Shown here piece after piece: positions 1 to 11,324 of a stretch of 22,463 nucleotides of DNA. The notes beneath the pieces were generated by a model, which was not told the origin of the DNA, made no database searches, and saw nothing but the letters and a program-made list of their open reading frames with translations. The translations under genes were made by a program, and so were the position numbers. Every line of letters begins with the position of its first letter. Position 1 is the stretch's first letter. This stretch comes from a bacterium. Its GTDB lineage: Bacteria > Krumholzibacteriota > Krumholzibacteriia > LZORAL124-64-63. The DNA is taken from assembly GCA_031441465.1 (NCBI GenBank), contig JANOEP010000034.1, positions 1 through 22,463 of the forward strand, written 5' to 3'.

Positions 1-1030
<1,030 letters not shown>

Positions 1031-1177
1031 ACATTATTCACGACCCCGCGTGTGCGGATACCCGTTCAGGGCAGGCGGTTCCGGCCCCGAATCAGGTCGG
1101 ATTCCCTCCTTCATGATCCGCGGTTGCGTCCCCCCAGTTCGGGGCGCACCATGGCCGCTGAACGCCGGAGGGAACGC

Positions 1178-2020
1178 ATGGGCCTCTGCCACTTCGCGAC
1201 CGACCTGCACGGCCGGCCGGACCGCTACCGGAAGCTCTGGGACGCGGCCGCCGCCGAGCGTCCAACGGCCCTGTTCCTGGGCGGCGACCTGCTGCCGCAC
1301 CGGCTCGCCTCCGCCGGAGACTTCGTCGCCGACGTGCTCGCCGCCGGCTTCCGCGACCTGCGCGGGCGCCTGGGCGGCGCCTACCCCGCCGTGTTCCTGA
1401 TCCCGGGCAACGACGACCCGGCCGCGGAACTGCCCGGCCTCGCGGCGGGCGAAGCCGAGGGCCTCTGGATCCAGGCGCACGGCCGGCGCCTCGCCTGGGG
1501 GGACCGGACCGTGCTGGGCTACGCCTGCATCCCCCCGTCGCCCTTCCTGCTCAAGGACTGGGAGCGTTACGACGTGTCGCGTTACGTGGATCCCGGCTGC
1601 GTGCCGCCGGAGGAGGGACGCCGCACCGTCGCGCGCGAGGAGCGCGAGATACGGCTGGCGACGATCGCGGCGGAACTGGAGGAACTGGCGGGCGACACGG
1701 ACTTCGCGCGGGCGATCTGCCTGTTCCACTGCCCCCCGTACGGCTGCTCCCTGGACCGCGCCGCCCTGGACGGGCGCCTGGTCGACCACGCGCCCCTGGA
1801 CGTGCACATCGGGAGCATCGCGATCCGGAGGTTCCTGGAGGCGCGGCGCCCGCCGCTCTCGCTGCACGGGCACGTGCACGAGGCCGCGCGCCTGACGGGT
1901 GCGTGGCGCGAGACGATCGGCGCCACGCTGGCGTGCAACGGCGCCCACGACGGTCCGGAGTTGTCGCTGGTGCGCTTCGATCCGGACGATCCCGCGGCGA
2001 TCGGGCGCGCCCTGCTCTGA
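1178..2020 (+). CDS. Calcineurin-like (Icc-related) metallophosphoesterase
   Basis: Motifs DLHG, GGDL, GNDD, FHCPP and HGHVHE. ATG 1178 is preferred because GGAGG lies at 1167-1171; ATG 1151 is an alternative start. Confidence 0.88.
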   Translation: MGLCHFATDLHGRPDRYRKLWDAAAAERPTALFLGGDLLPHRLASAGDFVADVLAAGFRDLRGRLGGAYPAVFLIPGNDDPAAELPGLAAGEAEGLWIQAHGRRLAWGDRTVLGYACIPPSPFLLKDWERYDVSRYVDPGCVPPEEGRRTVAREEREIRLATIAAELEELAGDTDFARAICLFHCPPYGCSLDRAALDGRLVDHAPLDVHIGSIAIRRFLEARRPPLSLHGHVHEAARLTGAWRETIGATLACNGAHDGPELSLVRFDPDDPAAIGRALL

Positions 2021-5000
2021 TCAGGCCGGCGGGTCGCCCGCCTGCGGCCCGAGCGTCAAGGCGCGGGCCGGATCGGTGATCGCGCCGATCTTCATGGCGT
2101 AGCTCGAGCGCTCCGCGATGTCGCGGTCGGTGATCAGGTGCACGTCGAGCAGGCCGGCGCAGCGGTAGCCGGTGCGCAGGTAGTTGATCTCGGCCAGGCA
2201 GCGGCTCCAGCCGTCGAGCCAGCCCCGCAGGGCGTCCTGCCGCGCCGGGTCGTCCTCGACGTGGACCAGTAGGTCGATGTCGCTGCCGGGCCCCGCCGTC
2301 GCGTTCTTCACGCTGCCGAAGACGTACATCGCCTTGACGCCGAAGCGCGCCGCGTCGACGTCGCGCGCGATCCGCTCGGCCATCTGCAGCCGCCAGCGCC
2401 AGACCTCGCCGGGCCGCCCGATCAACTCGGCGGCCACGTCGGCGCCCGTATCCCGCGCGAGCCCGGGGGCGACGAAACAGGCCAGCGCCTCGTCGAGGTC
2501 GGCGTTGAGCAGGACCCGCAGCACGCGGCCCTCGGTCTCCACGGGCACGTCGATGACCCGCAGCGTGCCCGCGAGCTCCGCGTACTGGGGCAGCAGGTCG
2601 GGCAGCAGGTTGCGCGCCCCCAGCAGGAACTGCTCGTTGAAGATGATCCCGTCGCGGTCGGGGTAGAGCGGGAGGTAGCGGATGCGCGATTCCACCAGGT
2701 CCTGGAAGAAGTGGGTCCCGAAGGAGAGGTCGGGCAGGTAGCCGCCCTTCTGCCGCGCGATCTCCACCAGCATCGAGGTGTTGCTGATGTCCGCGTAGGT
2801 CACGCTCACGCCCAGCTTGATGTCGCCGCGGCTGCCCCAGCGGCCGGGCCCCATCAGGATGAAGCTGCGCTTGGGCAGCAGCTTGTTCAACTCGCCGACC
2901 GCGCGCCCCACCGCCAGCATGCTCGCGCGGTCCTCGAGCGAGGCGTAGGCGTCGGGGTCGACGTAGACCACGTGGGTGACGTCGGGCAGCCAGCCGTTGG
3001 AGACGAAGCGGTCCGCCGTGAACAGGACGTCCTTGACCGCGACGTCCTTGGGGATCGGCGCCGGGGCGGCGTCGTCGGTGTGGCTCTGGGGCCGGCACTG
3101 CAGCAGGTAGAACTTCTCGCCGTCGTGGGCGAACTCGATGTCCACCGGCGTGCCCAGCTTCTCCTCGAGGATCACCAGCACGTTGCGCAGATGCTTCACG
3201 AAAGGCGTGCCGTTGATCAGGCCGTCGAACGTCGCCACCAGCTCGTCGTGCGCGGGGTCGTACATCAGGCGCCGGGGTCGCTGCAGCATGCTCTCGCAGA
3301 GCTGCGAGAACACGAGTTCGAGCCCCGGGAACTTCCCTCCCACCGCGCGCAGCAGCTCGGGGATCGTCAGCGTGACGAAGGCGTTCTGCTCGAGGTCGAT
3401 GACGTCGATCTGGTTCGGCGCGTAACGCACGATCTCCTCGAGTTCGACGTTCACGCGCAGGTTGGGCTGGCCCGGGACGGCCAGGACCGGGTAGTCGTCG
3501 CCGATGCGGTCGACGGCGCGGGTGCCGAGCCCCGGCACCAGCCGGATCAGGCCGTCGTCGCGCCGGATCCGCGGCGACCAGCGGAATTCGTTGCGGCTGA
3601 AGGCCACCCCGGCGAAGGCCGGCAGGAAGTAGCGGCCGACCTTGCGGCCCACCACCTCCTGGATCAGGATCCCCATCTCCTCGTTGAAGTCCAGCAGACC
3701 GCGGTCGCGGCGATACTCGACGGGGTCGGGGCCGAACACCGAGGCGTAGATCTCGGTGATGGCGTCGCAGAGCGCTTCGAGGCGCACGTGGCGCTCGCCC
3801 TGGTTGGGCAGGAACAGGCTCTTGTACTTGCCGGAGAACGACGTGCCGAAGCGGTCCTCGAGCAGGCTCGAGCTGCGCACGATGAGCGGCACCTCGCCCA
3901 GCTCGTCCAGCGCGGCGGCGAGGCCCTGGCGCAGGTGCGGCGGCAGCGGCGAGTGCTTGAACAGCTGGATGATGTTGGGGTACTCCTGCCGTACCTGGCC
4001 GATCTCCTTGTATTTCTGCTCGATGACGTCCTCGAGGTCGTTGTGGGCGATGAACTCCAGCGTGGCGTCGGAAGCCAGGTACCAGGTGCGCGGCACGTGT
4101 ACCTCGCCCACCGGGCGGTCGGGGGTGGCGGAGCTGGCCAGGATCCGCTCGGCGAGGAACAGCCCCGAGCCCTTGCCGCCCAGCTTGCCCGTGCTGTCGA
4201 GCGGCATGATCATGCGGTCGACCAGGTCGCGCAGGTCGGCGACCGTCACGTACTCCTTGGCGACCTTGATGTAGTCGAGCTGCTCGGTCAGGAACCGCCG
4301 CACCAGCGACACCCGCATGTTGATCACCGTCGAGGGCTGCAGCGACGAGCCCTCGGCCACCAGGTGGTGGTAGCGCCGCAGCGCGTCGGCCAGCTCCGGC
4401 AGGGTCGTGCGCGGATTGTCCAGGATCTTCAGGAAGAGGCCGGCGCGGTCGTCCTGGATCCAGCGCTGGACCTTCAGCAGGATCTCGTGGTCGGAAAGGT
4501 GCTGCGCCGCCAGGAAGAACGGCGCGTCGGAGAGCAGCAGGGCCTCGTCCCGCTTCTGGATGATGCCCGGCACGTTCACTTCGCCGGAGACCGTCTCCTG
4601 CGAAACCTGGGCGTCCACGCGGCCGAGCATGGCCTGGGCCGCGTCGATGCCCATCGAGCACAGCAGGTTCAGCAGCTTGCGCGCGATGCGCTGGTGGAGG
4701 TGGGGGTCGGACTCGCGCAGCATCTGGATGGGCATCAGCCACAGCGGCTCGTCGCTCCCGTCCTCCCGGACGTGCGCGCGCTCCTTGCGCAGGTCGCGCA
4801 GTCGCTCGAAGAGGACGTAGTGGCCCAGGCGGTCGGCCACCGACTTCAGCAGCCGCCGCTCCTCCTTCAGGAAGGGACCGTCGCCCAGGTCGGGGCACGG
4901 TCCGGTGTAGTAGATGCAGACCTCCCCCGTCATCTTGTCCTGCACCATGATCTCGGCGTGCAGGTGGCAGGGCGTGCGCGGACCGCTCTCGGTGCGGTGC

Positions 5001-5212
5001 ACGAAGCCGTCGCACGCCACCTCGGCCTGGCAGATGTTCGGGTACTGCATGCCGGTGACGAGGGCCTCGGCCACGCCGCGGCAGATGTCCTGCCGGGTGT
5101 GCCCCTGCTCCGCGAACAGCTCCTCGATGCGGTAGAGGCAGTCCAGTTCCTTCGAGCGCTCCTGCAGCGAGGACAGCAGCTGGGCGAGCGTGGTGTCGCG
5201 GGCGTCACTCAT
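2021..5212 (-). CDS. PPDK_N (ATP-grasp) protein with N-terminal GAF-like domain and C-terminal Pol-beta-type nucleotidyltransferase domain
   Basis: 1063 aa. PPDK_N motifs LGGKG, IVRSSSLLED, FSGKY, VDIEFA, LLQCRP; then GPGRWGS...SFGTHFF; C-terminal FGSVKNATAGPGSDIDLLV...LLDVH. The N-terminus LQERSKELDCLY...QYP...GPFLKEERRLL resembles a GAF-like sensor (less certain). Start overlaps the upstream gene by 8 nt (ATGAGTGA). Confidence 0.85.
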   Translation of the reverse strand: MSDARDTTLAQLLSSLQERSKELDCLYRIEELFAEQGHTRQDICRGVAEALVTGMQYPNICQAEVACDGFVHRTESGPRTPCHLHAEIMVQDKMTGEVCIYYTGPCPDLGDGPFLKEERRLLKSVADRLGHYVLFERLRDLRKERAHVREDGSDEPLWLMPIQMLRESDPHLHQRIARKLLNLLCSMGIDAAQAMLGRVDAQVSQETVSGEVNVPGIIQKRDEALLLSDAPFFLAAQHLSDHEILLKVQRWIQDDRAGLFLKILDNPRTTLPELADALRRYHHLVAEGSSLQPSTVINMRVSLVRRFLTEQLDYIKVAKEYVTVADLRDLVDRMIMPLDSTGKLGGKGSGLFLAERILASSATPDRPVGEVHVPRTWYLASDATLEFIAHNDLEDVIEQKYKEIGQVRQEYPNIIQLFKHSPLPPHLRQGLAAALDELGEVPLIVRSSSLLEDRFGTSFSGKYKSLFLPNQGERHVRLEALCDAITEIYASVFGPDPVEYRRDRGLLDFNEEMGILIQEVVGRKVGRYFLPAFAGVAFSRNEFRWSPRIRRDDGLIRLVPGLGTRAVDRIGDDYPVLAVPGQPNLRVNVELEEIVRYAPNQIDVIDLEQNAFVTLTIPELLRAVGGKFPGLELVFSQLCESMLQRPRRLMYDPAHDELVATFDGLINGTPFVKHLRNVLVILEEKLGTPVDIEFAHDGEKFYLLQCRPQSHTDDAAPAPIPKDVAVKDVLFTADRFVSNGWLPDVTHVVYVDPDAYASLEDRASMLAVGRAVGELNKLLPKRSFILMGPGRWGSRGDIKLGVSVTYADISNTSMLVEIARQKGGYLPDLSFGTHFFQDLVESRIRYLPLYPDRDGIIFNEQFLLGARNLLPDLLPQYAELAGTLRVIDVPVETEGRVLRVLLNADLDEALACFVAPGLARDTGADVAAELIGRPGEVWRWRLQMAERIARDVDAARFGVKAMYVFGSVKNATAGPGSDIDLLVHVEDDPARQDALRGWLDGWSRCLAEINYLRTGYRCAGLLDVHLITDRDIAERSSYAMKIGAITDPARALTLGPQAGDPPA

Positions 5213-6947
5213 GGCGGATCACTCCCCTGCGGGCGCGCCCGTCGACGCGGACGTCCAGCGGTCGCGGGGTGCGGACGTGGCGCACGAGGTCGCCCTCGTG
5301 CTCGGCGGGCAGCGCGTCGAGCCAGGCCCAGTCGACGGCCCGGCCGCCGGTGTGCGGCACCGACAGGTACTGCACGCCGAAGCTGATCAGGTTGTGGAAG
5401 AAGTGGGAGCCCTGGCTCAGGTCGGGGTTCATGTCCGGCAGCGTGGCTTCCACCACGACCCGGGCCTGGGAGATCTGGCTCCAGTCGACCGGCACGCCGA
5501 GCCAGGGGTCGGAACTGCCCCAGCGGCCGAAGCCGATCAGCAGGTAGGGCCGCTGCCCGGCCTGCAGCACGGCGTTGATGCGTTCCAGCTCCGCGGCGAT
5601 GCGCGGCGTGAGGCGGGCCTCGAAGCCGGCCGGCTTGACGTAGACGACGTCCTGCAGGTCGGCGCGGGCGCCGTGCCCCAGCACGATTTCGGAGGCCAGC
5701 AGGACGCCCGGTCCGTCCAGCTCGTCCTCGCCGACGGACACCTCGCCGGTGGCCACCTGCATCGGACGCGCCTGCAGCAGTCCCAGCCGCGCGGGCTCGC
5801 CGCCCTGGCCGAAGGTCAGTGCGAATTCGATCTCCACGTCGGCGCCGAGGGCCTCCTTCGCCAGGCGCAGCAGCTGCTTGACGGCCTCGTTCAGCGGCAG
5901 GACCCCGGCGTCGAGGATGGGAGAGAAATCGAGCACGCGCGCGCCGCCGGGCAGCAGTCCGCAGCGCAGGCGGTTGCTGGCCGGGTCGAAGGTCGACACC
6001 AGGTGGTCCAGGACGCCGTCGGCCTCTGCGCGGGCCAGGTCCGACCGCACCAGGAACTCCGTCTCGCGCACGGGGTCGGGCGGCGGCGGCGTCCCCATGT
6101 TCACGCCCCAGAACGAGGTCTGGGTGTTCTTGATCATGTCGCCCAGCCCGTTGAAGGGCGGGCCGACGCGCGGCCGGGCCGGCGAGTAGGACCAGGAAAG
6201 GCCGCCGTCGACGATCGCCTTGCCCAGGCCGAGGGCCAGGTTGACGACGCCGTCCTCGGGGCGCGCGCGGCCGATGGGGTAGTAGCTGTAGGAGCGGCCG
6301 ACTCCCGAGAGGGACGGGTAGAAGAGGTCGCCGCGGCGCAGGCCGACGACTTCCTGCACCACGACCGCCATCGCCTCCTCGCGCAGGTCGCGATCGATCG
6401 AGCGCATGTAGTCGCGCGGCTGGCGGAAGAACGTCGAGGCGATGACGAACTTGACCGCCTCGACCAGCTTGCGGAAGCGGGTGTCCGCGTCGGGCTGGTT
6501 GTTCGGGATCATCTTGGTGGCGTAGACGCCGGCGAACGGATGCGCCAGGGCGTCCTCGAGCAGGCTGGAGGAGCGCACCGCCAGCGGCGAATGCACGCCG
6601 TCGATCAGCGCGCGCAGGTCGCCGACGAACTGGGCCGGCAGCTCCGCGCGCTGGCAGGCGTGGGCGATGCGGTCGTCGGTCGCGCCGCCGTAGACGGCGT
6701 CCGCCAGATCGTTCTGGTCCAGGAACGCGCGGAAGACGTCGGTGGTCAGCACCACCAGCCGCGGCACGTCGACCCGGATGCCGGGGCACGCCGCTTCGTC
6801 GAAGCGGCCGAGGATGTCCCGCGCCATGAGCACGAGGCTCGCGGCCTTGCCGCCGAGTTCGCCTTCCCCGACGCGGGACACCGCGTCGGAGCCGGCGAAG
6901 AAGCGACGGTCGAACGCGGGCACGGAATCGCGGGAAACCAGCGTCAC
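5205..6947 (-). CDS. Stand-alone PPDK_N (ATP-grasp) protein with the shared C-terminal His-motif domain
   Basis: 580 aa, GTG start with GGAGGGAGG RBS. Motifs LGGKA, LAVRSSSLLED, FAGVY, VEIEFA, LLQARP, GFGRWGS...SQGSHFF. Confidence 0.87.
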   Translation of the reverse strand: MTLVSRDSVPAFDRRFFAGSDAVSRVGEGELGGKAASLVLMARDILGRFDEAACPGIRVDVPRLVVLTTDVFRAFLDQNDLADAVYGGATDDRIAHACQRAELPAQFVGDLRALIDGVHSPLAVRSSSLLEDALAHPFAGVYATKMIPNNQPDADTRFRKLVEAVKFVIASTFFRQPRDYMRSIDRDLREEAMAVVVQEVVGLRRGDLFYPSLSGVGRSYSYYPIGRARPEDGVVNLALGLGKAIVDGGLSWSYSPARPRVGPPFNGLGDMIKNTQTSFWGVNMGTPPPPDPVRETEFLVRSDLARAEADGVLDHLVSTFDPASNRLRCGLLPGGARVLDFSPILDAGVLPLNEAVKQLLRLAKEALGADVEIEFALTFGQGGEPARLGLLQARPMQVATGEVSVGEDELDGPGVLLASEIVLGHGARADLQDVVYVKPAGFEARLTPRIAAELERINAVLQAGQRPYLLIGFGRWGSSDPWLGVPVDWSQISQARVVVEATLPDMNPDLSQGSHFFHNLISFGVQYLSVPHTGGRAVDWAWLDALPAEHEGDLVRHVRTPRPLDVRVDGRARRGVIRHE

Positions 6948-6972
6948 GTTGCCTCCCTCCCCGGCCCCGGCC

Positions 6973-8262
<1,290 letters not shown>

Positions 8263-8293
8263 CGCACACCTCGGGCTTGGTTCGTCGAACTAC

Positions 8294-11290
8294 TCAGGCG
8301 GACTGCGGCCGCAGCACCACGCCGCGGCGGGAGCGCCCGTCGATCAGCACCTGCAGCGGCGCCTCGAGCCGCAGGTGGTTCAGGTGGGCCGTTCGTGCGA
8401 CCGGCGTCTGACCGAGGAGCCAGTCCCAGTCGAGCTTGCCGCCGCCGCTGCTGGCGTTGACGGTCAGGTAGCCCACCCGGAACGACGTCAGGTTCTGGAA
8501 GAAGTGCGTCCCCTGGCTCGGGGTCACGCGGAAGTCGTCGAGGTCGGTCTCGACGATCACGGCGGCGCCCGAGATCTGGGACCACTCCACCGGGACGCCC
8601 AGCCAGCGGTCGCTCGAGCCCCAGCGGCCCGGCCCGATCAGCAGGTACGGGCGGCCGTCCGCGCGCAGGCGGCGGTCCAGTTCGCCGACCTCCTCGGCGA
8701 TCTGCGGCGTGCAGCCGCGGTCGAAGCGGCCGGGGTCCACCAGCACCACGTCGTGGATTTCGTCGTAGGTCCCGTTCCCCAGCGCCACGTCCGTCGCGAC
8801 CACGACGTCGGGCCGCACGGCGAGCCCGACGGGGATGCGCGGCGACGCCATCTCGGCGGCGAGCGGCCGGATCTGCAGCAGCCCGAACTCCGCCGGCTCG
8901 TCGCCGGCGGTCAGGTTCGCGGCGAACTCCAGCTCCACGGCGCAGCTCATGCAGCGACGCCCGAGTTCCAGCAGGAAGGCGAGCACGTCGGCCAGCGGGT
9001 AGAGGTCCGACTTCAGCACGTGGGCGAAGGTCACCAGGCGGGGCCCCTCCCGGCCGAGCCCGTCGTAGACAGCGTCGTTCTCGGCCGCGTAGACCGAGCC
9101 CACGGCGTGCAGCGTGCCGTGCCGTTCGGCGACGTCCAGTTCCAGCACGTCCACGTTGGCGTTTTCGTGCAGGGTCGGGAAGGCGTCGGGATCACCCACG
9201 TCCAGGGCCTGGAACGTGCGCTGGCTGTTGGCCAGGGTGTCGTCGATGGTCGAGAACTGGTAGAGGCGCTGCGGCGCGCGCGGCGAGAAGCGCAGGCACT
9301 GGCCGCCCTCCACCACGGTGCGGCCCAGGCCCAGGGCCACCAGCGCCACGCCGTCCTCGGGGCGCATCGCATCCGTCGGGTAGTGGTTGGTCGAATGCGC
9401 CACGCCGGCGAAGTCGGGATAGACCCAGTGCTCGTGGCGCCGCCCGACCACCTGCTGGACGATGACCCCCATCTTCTCCTCTTCGACCCGGTTGCTCGTG
9501 GCGGCCAGATATGTCTTCGCGCCGTGCGTGAAGGTCGACGCATAAACAAGCTTGATGGCTTGACATAGCTGATCCAGGCGTACGGCCAGATCCGGGTGGG
9601 AGTTGGGGATCATGTAGGTCTTGTAGACACCAGCGAAGGGCTGGTGCTGCGCGTCCTCCAGCTGGCTGGACGAACGCACCGCGAGCGGGTAGCGCACCTG
9701 CTCCAGGAAGATGCGCAGGTCGTCGCGGATCGACGACGGCAGATCCGCGGCCAGGAAGGCCGCGGCGACGGCCTCGTCGTCGTCGGTGTGCAGGGCCAGC
9801 TCCCGCAGCTGGCCCTGGTCCAGGAAGGCGTCGAAGACGTCGGTGGCGACGACCGCGGTCGGGGGCACCCGCAGCCGCAGCCCCGGGAACTGATCGCCGA
9901 TGCCGTAGCGGCTCAGCACGTGGTTCATGAAGGCCAGGCCGCGGGCCTTGCCCCCCAGCGAGCCGGTGCCGATGCGGGTGAAACCGCCGGCCGCGTCGAA
10001 CTCGCGCCGCGAGAAATCCGCGATCACGCCGCGGCGCGACTGCTCCCGGTACCAGCCGACGGTCTCGAGCATGAACTCGCGCAGCTCGCCGGCCGAACCG
10101 AACTCGCTGACCTTCAGCGGCTTGATCAGGTTGGCCAGGGCGAATTTCGTGCGGGCGCGGAACCAGTTGGAGAAGTGGTCGCGCCGCGCGTGGAACAGCA
10201 GCGATTCGTCGGGCACGCGGGCGATCTCGCGCAGCAGCGCGCGGGTGTTGTGGGCGCGCCCCACCTCGGTGCCGTCGGGCATCCGGAACACGAAGTCGCC
10301 GAAGCCGAACTGGTCGCGCATGAACCCGCGCAGCTCCTTCAGCAGGCTCGGCGACTGCTTGTCCAGGAACAGCGCGCCGACCGCCTCCGCGGCCGCGCGG
10401 CCCCCGGGCTCCGAGGACTGGATCACCACCGGCAGCAGCGGGTCGTCCCGCTTCAGGCGCCGCACCAGCTCGACGCCGGCGTCGGAGCGCAGCGCGCCTT
10501 CCCAGGGGAAGCGGGCGTCGCAGACGGCGCCGAGCAGGAAGTCGCGGTAGCGGCCGTAGAGGTCCAGCGCCTGTTCGAAGTCGGTGGCGAACAGGATCTT
10601 CGGGCGGGCGCGCATGCGCAGCAGCTTCTGCGACAGGTTGACGCTGTCGGCCATCAGCTCCTGGGTCTGCCGCATGACCTCGGTGTACAGCATGGGCAGG
10701 TAGGCGGAGTAGAACCGGACCGAGTCCTCGACCAGCAGGATGCAGCGCACGTCGCTGGAGCGCGTGTCGTCGTCGACGTTCCATCTGTCCTCGACGTGCT
10801 TGACGATGGCCAGCAGGAGCCGCACGTCGCCGGTCCAGATGAAGGAGCGGTCGACGGCCCCGACGTCCCGGTCGGCGAGCGCCTCCAGCTCGCGGTCGTT
10901 GTAGCCGAGCACGACGACCGGCAGGTCGGGTTTGATCTCCTTGGCCCGGCGGGCCAGGGTGCAGGCGTCCATGTCCCCGAGCCGGGTCATGGTCAGCAGC
11001 AGGTCGTAGTCGCTGGCGGCCAGGAGCGCGAGCGCCTCCTCCCCGCCGATGGCGCGCCGGATCTGGGGCGCGGCGCTCAGGTTCAGCTCGCGGTACTCCG
11101 CCAGCACGACCTCGGTGAGCCGCCCGCCCTCCTCCAGGGTGAAGGCGTCGTAGAGGCTGGCCACGAGCAGGATGTTGCGGACACGGTGCTTGATCAGCTG
11201 CTCGAAGCCGGCCTCGCGGTCGTAGGTGATGTCCTTGAGGCGGGACCAGGCCTCCTCGAGGGCCTGGTCGCGCGAGGCCCGTGTCGCCAT
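8294..11290 (-). CDS. Receiver-domain-fused PPDK_N (ATP-grasp) protein
   Basis: 998 aa, GGAGG RBS. Degenerate receiver (NILLVAS...DLLLTM...PVVVL), second receiver (ILLVED...AVCD258...VIQSS...FLDK311), then LGGKARG, LAVRSSSQLED, FAGVY, VELEFA, LLQIRP, GPGRWGS...SQGTHFF. Confidence 0.87.
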   Translation of the reverse strand: MATRASRDQALEEAWSRLKDITYDREAGFEQLIKHRVRNILLVASLYDAFTLEEGGRLTEVVLAEYRELNLSAAPQIRRAIGGEEALALLAASDYDLLLTMTRLGDMDACTLARRAKEIKPDLPVVVLGYNDRELEALADRDVGAVDRSFIWTGDVRLLLAIVKHVEDRWNVDDDTRSSDVRCILLVEDSVRFYSAYLPMLYTEVMRQTQELMADSVNLSQKLLRMRARPKILFATDFEQALDLYGRYRDFLLGAVCDARFPWEGALRSDAGVELVRRLKRDDPLLPVVIQSSEPGGRAAAEAVGALFLDKQSPSLLKELRGFMRDQFGFGDFVFRMPDGTEVGRAHNTRALLREIARVPDESLLFHARRDHFSNWFRARTKFALANLIKPLKVSEFGSAGELREFMLETVGWYREQSRRGVIADFSRREFDAAGGFTRIGTGSLGGKARGLAFMNHVLSRYGIGDQFPGLRLRVPPTAVVATDVFDAFLDQGQLRELALHTDDDEAVAAAFLAADLPSSIRDDLRIFLEQVRYPLAVRSSSQLEDAQHQPFAGVYKTYMIPNSHPDLAVRLDQLCQAIKLVYASTFTHGAKTYLAATSNRVEEEKMGVIVQQVVGRRHEHWVYPDFAGVAHSTNHYPTDAMRPEDGVALVALGLGRTVVEGGQCLRFSPRAPQRLYQFSTIDDTLANSQRTFQALDVGDPDAFPTLHENANVDVLELDVAERHGTLHAVGSVYAAENDAVYDGLGREGPRLVTFAHVLKSDLYPLADVLAFLLELGRRCMSCAVELEFAANLTAGDEPAEFGLLQIRPLAAEMASPRIPVGLAVRPDVVVATDVALGNGTYDEIHDVVLVDPGRFDRGCTPQIAEEVGELDRRLRADGRPYLLIGPGRWGSSDRWLGVPVEWSQISGAAVIVETDLDDFRVTPSQGTHFFQNLTSFRVGYLTVNASSGGGKLDWDWLLGQTPVARTAHLNHLRLEAPLQVLIDGRSRRGVVLRPQSA

Positions 11291-11324
11291 CGTCGCCTCC
11301 GTGGTGCTCCGCCCGCCGCCCCGG

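Noticed and set aside
2030..2410. MNT-HEPN toxin-antitoxin or CBASS-type defence system
   Set aside because: No HEPN gene or defence effector was recognised, and the context is a metabolic operon.
9470..9484. Internal RBS plus ATG (GAGGAGAAG-ATG) inside the receiver-PPDK_N gene
   Set aside because: It is explained by the conserved EExM peptide found in all three paralogues, and starting there would cut the ATP-grasp domain.
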